Shown one piece after another: positions 57,688 through 64,000 of a stretch of DNA of 64,000 bases (within the stretch, counting starts at the first letter, position 1; each line of letters starts with the position of its first letter). The notes under the pieces were generated by a model, which saw nothing but the letters and a program-made list of their open reading frames with translations, did no database searches and had not been told where the DNA came from. This DNA is from Candidatus Kaiserbacteria bacterium (GTDB taxonomy: Bacteria > Patescibacteriota > Minisyncoccia > Phycocordibacterales > Phycocordibacteraceae): NCBI GenBank assembly GCA_963813065.1, contig CAWEXP010000006.1:55779-119778 (forward strand), read 5' to 3'. Position numbers and translations under genes: made by a program.

Positions 57688-57731
57688 ATTTAGGAGAATT
57701 ATACGAGGTGTGGATAACAGTGTTTGGGCTG

Positions 57732-57766
57732 GTGGGGCAAAGTGGGATATACTGCGTAGCAGTGGG
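57732..57766 (+). promoter_or_regulatory. MraZ-binding GTGGG repeats
   Basis: GTGGG at 57732, 57742, 57762 (10-bp phase) upstream of mraZ. Confidence 0.75.
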
Positions 57767-57786
57767 AAATCGTCCCGCTCCCGTCT

Positions 57787-58215
57787 ATGTTCCTCGGCGA
57801 ATACCTTCACACTTTTGATTCAAAAAATAGAGTTTCTCTCCCCTCGAAGTTCCGAAAGGAACTCGGTCGTGTGGTGGTGGTGACGCGCGGGCTTGATCAC
57901 TGCCTCAATGTGTACTCCAAAAAGGCGTGGGAGAAGGAGGCGAAGAAATATGCCGCACAGACGAGCGGGAGCTCTGCCGAGCGCGGGCTCGCACGCCTCT
58001 TCCTCGCCGGGAGCGCCGAGGGCGAGGTCGATAGTGCTGGTCGCGTGCTGATTCCAGAAAATTTGAAGTCGTTTGCGGCCATCCGCGAGAAGGCGATTGT
58101 GGCGGGTGTCGCAGATCGGGTCGAGATCTGGGAGGAGACAGCATGGAAGAAGTACACCGCCGCTATCGAGCGCGACGCCGAGAGCTACGCCGAGAAAGTC
58201 GGCGAGCGTCACTAA
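57787..58215 (+). CDS. mraZ: Transcriptional regulator MraZ
   Basis: MFLGEY..DSKNRVSLP, DSAGRVLIP, RVEIW. Confidence 0.96.
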   Translation: MFLGEYLHTFDSKNRVSLPSKFRKELGRVVVVTRGLDHCLNVYSKKAWEKEAKKYAAQTSGSSAERGLARLFLAGSAEGEVDSAGRVLIPENLKSFAAIREKAIVAGVADRVEIWEETAWKKYTAAIERDAESYAEKVGERH

Positions 58216-58216
58216 T

Positions 58217-59176
58217 ATGCCCGGTATGGAAGAAAATCTCCACACACCAGTCCTGATGCAAGAAGTCCTCGATGCACTCGCGGTTGCGCCGAGCGATGTG
58301 GTCGTAGATGCAACCTTGGGTGGGGCAGGGCACTTCGCTGAGCTACTCGCGCGACTCGGTGCTGATGGCGTTATCGTCGGCTTTGACGCCGATGCCGAGG
58401 CGGTCGAGCGTGCTCGCACCGCGTATGCCGCCGATCGCCGGATTGATCGCCCGACGACGCACGTGGTCAATGACAATTTCCGCAATCTCGCGCGCACGCT
58501 CGATCGACTCGAGATTGCACACGTTAATAAATTTCTCTTCGACCTCGGTTGGAGCGGCTATCAGATTGCCTCGTCGCGCGGATTTTCTTTCCAGAGTGAT
58601 GCGCCACTCCTGATGAATTATGGTGAGGGGAGCGAGACGGCGGCCGACATTGTGAACAGCGCTTCCGAGACCGAGCTCGCCGACATTATTTTCACCTACG
58701 GCGAGGAACGCTTCGCACGCAAGATTGCGCGTGCCATTGTCGATGCACGGAAGAAGAAGCACATTCTTACCACTCAGCAACTTGTTTCGATAATCGAATC
58801 CGCGGTGCCTCGCGCGTACCGCGAGGGGAAATTGCATCCGGCAACCAAGACATTCCAAGCGCTCCGTATCGCCGCCAACGACGAGCTCGGTGCGCTGAAG
58901 GAGGGTCTCGCCGCGGCCCTCGCGCGTCTCGCGCCTGAGGGCAGGATTGCGGTCATCACGTTCCATAGTCTCGAGGATCGCATGGTGAAGAATGTGTTCC
59001 GCACAGCCGCACTCGCGGGGCAGGGTAGTGTGACAACCAAGAAACCGATTGGGCCGAGTCGTGCCGAGGTGGTCGCGAATCGTCGCGCGCGAAGCGCGAA
59101 GCTCCGCGTCTTCGAGCGCTCGGCCGCAGGCACCTTTATTGATGAAGAAGCTCTTGCCATTCCTGCGTATGCATAA
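58217..59176 (+). CDS. rsmH: 16S rRNA C1402 methyltransferase
   Basis: HTPVL, DATLGGAGH, FQALRIAAN, FHSLEDR, RSAKLR. Confidence 0.96.
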   Translation: MPGMEENLHTPVLMQEVLDALAVAPSDVVVDATLGGAGHFAELLARLGADGVIVGFDADAEAVERARTAYAADRRIDRPTTHVVNDNFRNLARTLDRLEIAHVNKFLFDLGWSGYQIASSRGFSFQSDAPLLMNYGEGSETAADIVNSASETELADIIFTYGEERFARKIARAIVDARKKKHILTTQQLVSIIESAVPRAYREGKLHPATKTFQALRIAANDELGALKEGLAAALARLAPEGRIAVITFHSLEDRMVKNVFRTAALAGQGSVTTKKPIGPSRAEVVANRRARSAKLRVFERSAAGTFIDEEALAIPAYA

Positions 59177-59456
59177 TTTCCATTGTTCGTTCTCCCCAAC
59201 CTCCTATCTCGCGACATTGGCGGGAGCATTGCTCGTCACGTATTTCGCGCTCGTGGCGGTGGTGATGAGTTACGCGGCGCTGACAGTCGAGTTTTCGCAA
59301 CAGGAGCGCAACGATGAGGCGGCAGTCGCGACGCTCGAATCGCAGTATCTCGCGCAGATTGCATCGGTAACCACCGCAGACTACACCGCGCTCGGCTATG
59401 CCAAGCCCACGGCACAACTGTTCGTATCGGGTACGCCTGCCACGGCATTGCGGTAG
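59169..59456 (+). CDS. FtsL-position small membrane protein
   Basis: TM plus coiled coil between rsmH and ftsI. Confidence 0.55.
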   Translation: MHNFHCSFSPTSYLATLAGALLVTYFALVAVVMSYAALTVEFSQQERNDEAAVATLESQYLAQIASVTTADYTALGYAKPTAQLFVSGTPATALR

Positions 59457-59465
59457 AGTGAGACA

Positions 59466-61200
59466 ATGAGAGGGCAATTCCGTTTCCGCATCCGCATCGT
59501 ACTCTTTGCGGTTGTATTCATCGCACTGCTGATTGTCGTGCGACTCTACTTCGTCCAAGTGGTCGATGGCGCGAACTACTCTTTGAAGGCCGATCACCAA
59601 TTCGCCTCGGGCGGGAGCGGACTCTTCGATCGCGGTTCGATTTATTTCACCACTAAGAACGGTACACTGGTCTCCGCCGCGACTCTGGAGACCGGTTTCC
59701 TCGTCGCGCTCAATCCACAGACCATACAAGACCCTGAGGCGGCCTATGCGGCAGTTTCGGCGTCTGCGTCGACGTCGATCTCGCATGATGCCTTTATCGC
59801 GGCCGCCGCGAAGAAGAACCAAGTGTATATCGAGGTCGCGCATCACCTCTCGGACGCCGCAGGCAAGGCGCTCGTCGCGCGGAACATCCCGGGCCTCGAT
59901 GTCTTGCGGGAGCGCTGGCGCGTCTATCCGGGTGGTGACTTGGCCGCGAACGCCGTCGGCATCGTCTCGTACGGCTCGGGCGATGACCTCACCGGTCAGA
60001 CCGGTCTCGAGTCGGAGTACGACACCGCGCTCGCACGTTCGGGTGATGCGCTCTACAAGAATTTCTTTGCTCAGCTCTTCTCGAATGTGGGCGACGTACT
60101 CATTGATGCACGGAGTGCGCGCGAGGGCGATGTGGTGACTACCGTCGAGCCCGAGGTTGAGACACGACTCGCGCAGGATCTCGCGCAAGTGAATCAAAAA
60201 TATTCGAGCAAGGAGTCCGGCGGTATCATCATGGATCCAGCCACGGGCGCCCTCATCGCGCTCGCGACCTATCCGACCTATGATCCAAATGATTTGACGA
60301 GCGTACCGCCCGCACTCCTCGGCGATCCGCTCGTCGAGCATGTGTACGAGTTTGGTTCGATTATGAAATCGCTCACGATGGCCTCCGGGCTCGATGCAGG
60401 CGTCATCACGCCCGCGACGACCTATAACGATACGGGCTGTATCCACGTCGACTCGGCGACGATTTGTAACTACGACTTGAAGGCGCGCGGCGTGATCCCC
60501 ATGCAACAAATTCTCTCGCAGTCCTTAAATGTCGGTGCATCGTGGATCGCGACGCAACTCGGGCAGAGCGCATTCCGTTCGTACTTCACGGCACTCTTCG
60601 GGCAGAAGACGGGCATCGATCTGCCTTCAGAAACCAGCGCCCTGCTCGGCAACCTTTCCAAGCCGCAACAAGTCGCCTTCGACACGGCCTCCTTCGGCCA
60701 GGGGATTGCGGTCTCGCCCGTGCAGATGATCCGTGCGCTCGGCGCCTTGGCGAATAATGGCTCGATGGTCCGGCCACATGTAGTGAGCGCCATCCAGCTC
60801 GACAATGGCGTGACGCGCACGCTCGACTGGAGCGGCGAGACACCCGTCTTCTCGCCCACCGCCGTGCGCGAGGACACCACCATGCTCACCAGCGTGGCTG
60901 ACGTATTCTCTCGCCAATGGCAAAGACCGCATTCCGACCACCAGCTTCGCGGCCAAGACCGGCACCGCCCAATTGACCAATGGCCAGGGTGGCTATTACA
61001 AGGATCGCTACTTCCACTCCTTCTTTGGGTACTTCCCCTCGTACGCGCCGAGGTTTATTATCCTGCTCTACACCAACGATCCGCAGGGTGTCGAATATGC
61101 TTCTGAAACGCTTACCTCGACCTTCATGGACTTGACCCACTTCCTCATCGACTATTATCAGATACCGCCTGACCGCTCGGCCACAACGACAACCCCATGA
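59466..61200 (+). CDS. ftsI: Septal penicillin-binding protein (frameshift near 60910)
   Basis: GSIMK, SLN; AAKTGTAQ appears in the next frame. Confidence 0.88.
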
Positions 61201-62483
61201 AAAAACTCTTGAAAGTCCCCTTCACGCTTTTCCTCTCGTTTCTCGCGCGGGGCGTCGTGCGCCGGTATCACCCGCAGATCGTGATGGTGACGGGGAGCGT
61301 GGGGAAGACCTCGACCAAAGATGCGGTCGCGGCGGTACTCTCCGCTCGTTTTTTCCTTCGCCAGAGCGAGAAGAGTTTCAATAGTGAGTTCGGCGTACCA
61401 CTCACCATCTTCGGCGCGAAGAATCCATGGTTGAACCCCATCGGTTGGCTCGGTGTTTTCAAGACCGCGCTCGCACTTCTCATTCTGCCGAATCATTATC
61501 CCAACCTGCTCGTGCTCGAAGTCGGCGCCGACCGCCCGGGAGACCTCAAGCGCATTATGCGCATTGCCACTCCGAAGGCTGTGGTCGTGACGAAATTGCC
61601 CGAGATACCGGTACATGTCGAAGCGTATGCCTCACCCGAGGCTCTGCGCGAAGAAGAATTCTTGCCGGCACAATATTTGCCCGCTGGCGCGCCCTTGGTG
61701 TTCCTCGGCGACGACGAGCACGCGCTCAAGATGTCGGCCTGCGTGCCGGCGCAGGCGCTCACCTACGGTACCGGGAGCGACGCGAATCTCCGCATCAGCG
61801 CTATCGATTTTTATATTGAAGACGGCGTCGTGGCGGGTATGCAAGCGCACGTGGAATTAAATGGAGAGAAAGGTGTCGTCGTGGTGAAGGGTTCGGTAGG
61901 GAAGACACAAGTGCTCCCAGCCGCCGCGGCCATCACCCTCGCGAGCGCCTTCGGCATGACGCTCCAGGAATCCATCGTTGCGCTCGAGAGTTATGAGCCG
62001 CCGCCGGGGAGAGGGCGGCTTTTTGTGGGCAAAAATGAGTCGGTCATCATCGACGAGTCCTACAACTCATCGCCTGCGGCGCTCGAAGAGGCGCTCGAAA
62101 CACTCAAGAAGTTTCCTGCAAAAAGAAAAATCGCGGTGATGGGCGACATGCTTGAACTCGGTCGGTATTCAGTCATGGAGCACGAACGCATTGGTGCCCT
62201 CGCGGCCTCCTGTGCCGATATCGTCGTCAGTGTCGGTATCCGTGCGCGTCGCATACTCGATTCAGCGACCGCCGCCGGATTACCGGCGGCGCACTCCTAT
62301 GCCTATGACAACGCCCAGGACGCCGCCACCGCGCTCTCGTCACTCATCGAGCCCGGCGACGTGGTGATGATAAAAGGTTCGCAATCTATCCGCACCGAGC
62401 GTATCGTCGCCGCGCTCCTGGCTAACTCCGCCGACCTCTCCCGTCTCGTCCGGCAGGATACGGAGTGGACCCGTCGGGTGTAG
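61197..62483 (+). CDS. murF: UDP-MurNAc-tripeptide D-Ala-D-Ala ligase
   Basis: TGSVGKTSTKD, NSEFGVPLT, DESYNSSP, GDMLELG, KGS. Confidence 0.93.
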   Translation: MKKLLKVPFTLFLSFLARGVVRRYHPQIVMVTGSVGKTSTKDAVAAVLSARFFLRQSEKSFNSEFGVPLTIFGAKNPWLNPIGWLGVFKTALALLILPNHYPNLLVLEVGADRPGDLKRIMRIATPKAVVVTKLPEIPVHVEAYASPEALREEEFLPAQYLPAGAPLVFLGDDEHALKMSACVPAQALTYGTGSDANLRISAIDFYIEDGVVAGMQAHVELNGEKGVVVVKGSVGKTQVLPAAAAITLASAFGMTLQESIVALESYEPPPGRGRLFVGKNESVIIDESYNSSPAALEEALETLKKFPAKRKIAVMGDMLELGRYSVMEHERIGALAASCADIVVSVGIRARRILDSATAAGLPAAHSYAYDNAQDAATALSSLIEPGDVVMIKGSQSIRTERIVAALLANSADLSRLVRQDTEWTRRV

Positions 62484-62486
62484 AAA

Positions 62487-63254
62487 TTAGTGCTTTTGAG
62501 CAAAACGGGCGGTAAGTCGAACCAGTTCCGGAAGCAGCATTTCATAACAACGAACTCGTTTTAAAAGTGGTGCATGCGAGGTTGTTTCGGTGCAGCATGT
62601 AAAAATGCAGCCGCGGTGCGCCATGTAATCTTCTGCGGTATGGTCGTGATTGTCGTAACACACTCCACTGAGGATAGTCTCGCTGCCGCTATCTCCATAG
62701 GAGTCGTCGGGCAGAATAGGGAAGAATTTCTTGCCGACAGCAAGTATCGGCTTTTCAAAACGACGGTCGCCGAATGAAAACAGATAGAAAGCATTCCACA
62801 CGTCATCATCCTCATGTAAACTCGCGAAGACGGTCGGGCGGTACTGCCGCATATCGTTCATAAGAGTTTTAACTTCCCCGGACTTCCGTCCGTGGTCGTG
62901 CACCCAATTTCTATTGCAATTCAATCCGTGGCGGTTGTAGCGGTAGTTTCGATCAAAACCCCACGGATTTACCAGCGGATACACGACGAGACTCACGCCG
63001 TACCTCCGAGCTGATTCCGCAAGCACTTTGTATCGTTTGAAGAGCGCTAAGACCGAGGCAGGTTCTTCTCCATGGCAGCCAGCCATAAGCATAAGGAGTG
63101 GGGCGTCGGCGTGCACGATGCTTTCCATTTTCAACAACTTGAAGCGCTCCCCTTTGACGGGAAGCAATGAAGTCAAAAAATATTTTTCTATTTGCGGTCG
63201 CGCACGTAGCAGTTCCCGATATTGAGGATGTAGTTTCGTGATACGGGGCGCCAT
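62487..63254 (-). CDS. M14-type zinc carboxypeptidase / desuccinylase family protein
   Basis: GCHGEE, NPWG, NRN, SLHE, C-terminal TET. Confidence 0.8.
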   Translation of the reverse strand: MAPRITKLHPQYRELLRARPQIEKYFLTSLLPVKGERFKLLKMESIVHADAPLLMLMAGCHGEEPASVLALFKRYKVLAESARRYGVSLVVYPLVNPWGFDRNYRYNRHGLNCNRNWVHDHGRKSGEVKTLMNDMRQYRPTVFASLHEDDDVWNAFYLFSFGDRRFEKPILAVGKKFFPILPDDSYGDSGSETILSGVCYDNHDHTAEDYMAHRGCIFTCCTETTSHAPLLKRVRCYEMLLPELVRLTARFAQKH

Positions 63255-63259
63255 GATTG

Positions 63260-63331
63260 TGACCTCACGGGGAATCGAACCCCGGTTCCGGGCTTGAGAA
63301 GCCCGTGTCCTAGCCGCTAGACGATGAGGCC
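63260..63331 (-). tRNA. tRNA-Glu(CTC)
   Basis: Cloverleaf, cgggc-tt CTC aa-gcccg. Confidence 0.95.
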
Positions 63332-63578
63332 GTTTACAGACTCTACTATAGTTGCCTTAGTTTTTGAACCCCGGTAACTTTTCAAGTATTTTTCACGTTG
63401 GTGGGCGGCAACTCGTGTTGCGAATGATTCGGTATACAAAAGTTCGAACGGACGACGATTTTTTTGTTGAGCTGACGCGCCCGGCATTATGTATCGCGAG
63501 GCGTTGCTCGATATTTTGAGTCATGCCAACGTACAATCGGCCATCTTTGAGACTGCGAAGAATGTAGACGAAATGCAT
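63317..63578 (-). CDS. GIY-YIG nuclease (frameshift in an A7 run near 63460)
   Basis: FVYILRS...LYVG...RL..HN; removing one A gives STKNRRPFELLYTE...REKYLKS...GLIV stop inside tRNA-Glu. Confidence 0.85.
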
Positions 63579-63579
63579 A

Positions 63580-63646
63580 GAGAAGCCCGTGTCCTAGCCG
63601 CTAGCCTGCCCGCGGACGGGCCTCCCGGCCAGGGACGATGAGGCCG
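63580..63646 (-). repeat. Duplicated tRNA-Glu 5' half interrupted by a 30-nt insert
   Basis: 37 nt identical to 63296-63332 once 63605-63634 is removed. Confidence 0.9.
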
Positions 63647-63729
63647 CTATCCGGCCGCACCGGGCCGTTGGTTGTTTTATAACAAAAAACTGGGGATAGT
63701 GAAGTGCCCGCGACTGCTAGGATAGGGTC

Positions 63730-64000
63730 ATGACCTTACTTTTCATTTCGCTTATTGCGGGGATTCTCACCGTGCTCTCGCCGTGTGTACTGCCGCTCTT
63801 GCCGGTCATCGTCGGCGGATCGCTCGCGGGTCAGCGGAGTCTGCGTCGCACATTGACGGTCACGATTGCCCTCGGCCTCTCGGTATTCCTCTTCACGTTC
63901 CTCTTGAAGGTCTCGACGGCATTCATCATGGTGCCCGCAAGTGTCTGGAATTGGCTCTCGGGCGGGATTCTCTTCCTCGTCGGCATCTTCTTCCTCTTCC
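63730..64000 (+). CDS. CcdA/DsbD-like membrane protein (runs off window)
   Basis: MTLLFISLIAGILTVLSPCVLPLLPVIVGGS. Confidence 0.8.
   Translation, partial: MTLLFISLIAGILTVLSPCVLPLLPVIVGGSLAGQRSLRRTLTVTIALGLSVFLFTFLLKVSTAFIMVPASVWNWLSGGILFLVGIFFLF

Noticed and set aside
57709-57717. DnaA box / replication origin
   Set aside because: Single TGTGGATAA, no cluster and no dnaA nearby.
63367-63376. accggggttc match to the tRNA-Glu T-arm inside the GIY-YIG tail, suggesting a tRNA intron
   Set aside because: Only 10 nt, lies in coding sequence and no acceptor-stem 3' strand follows, so it cannot rebuild a spliced tRNA.
1-64000. CRISPR array, rRNA, intact prophage
   Set aside because: No regularly spaced repeat-spacer series, no rRNA-like sequence and no structural phage gene set seen.

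Overview
Compact bacterial chromosome segment that looks like Patescibacteria/CPR (Parcubacteria-like; inferred from the short IF-2, TrbC/VirB2-like pilin array, two mreB genes and minimal intergenic DNA). It carries housekeeping genes (infB, rbfA, clpB, rpmG, miaA, parB, fmt/def, murA, frr, proS, mreBC-PBP2, greA, lysS, mraZ-rsmH-ftsI-murF), 8 tRNAs, two toxin-antitoxin-like pairs and an AT-rich island with a type III restriction-modification system beside tRNA-Asn. The most unusual signal is a set of small palindromic elements sitting inside essential coding sequences, mostly without breaking the reading frame (cysteine desulfurase x3, miaA x3, murA, rbfA, holB x2). The murA copy is identical over 21 nt to the palindrome flanking a REP-associated tyrosine transposase (RAYT) gene at 57 kb. 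A GIY-YIG nuclease gene lies between a duplicated tRNA-Glu 5' half and the intact tRNA-Glu, and tRNA-Asn and tRNA-Trp show smaller 5'-end duplications. Several genes (clpB, miaA, def, ftsI, GIY-YIG) have frameshifts that are most likely sequencing errors. All product calls are by motif recognition only; no database searches were run.
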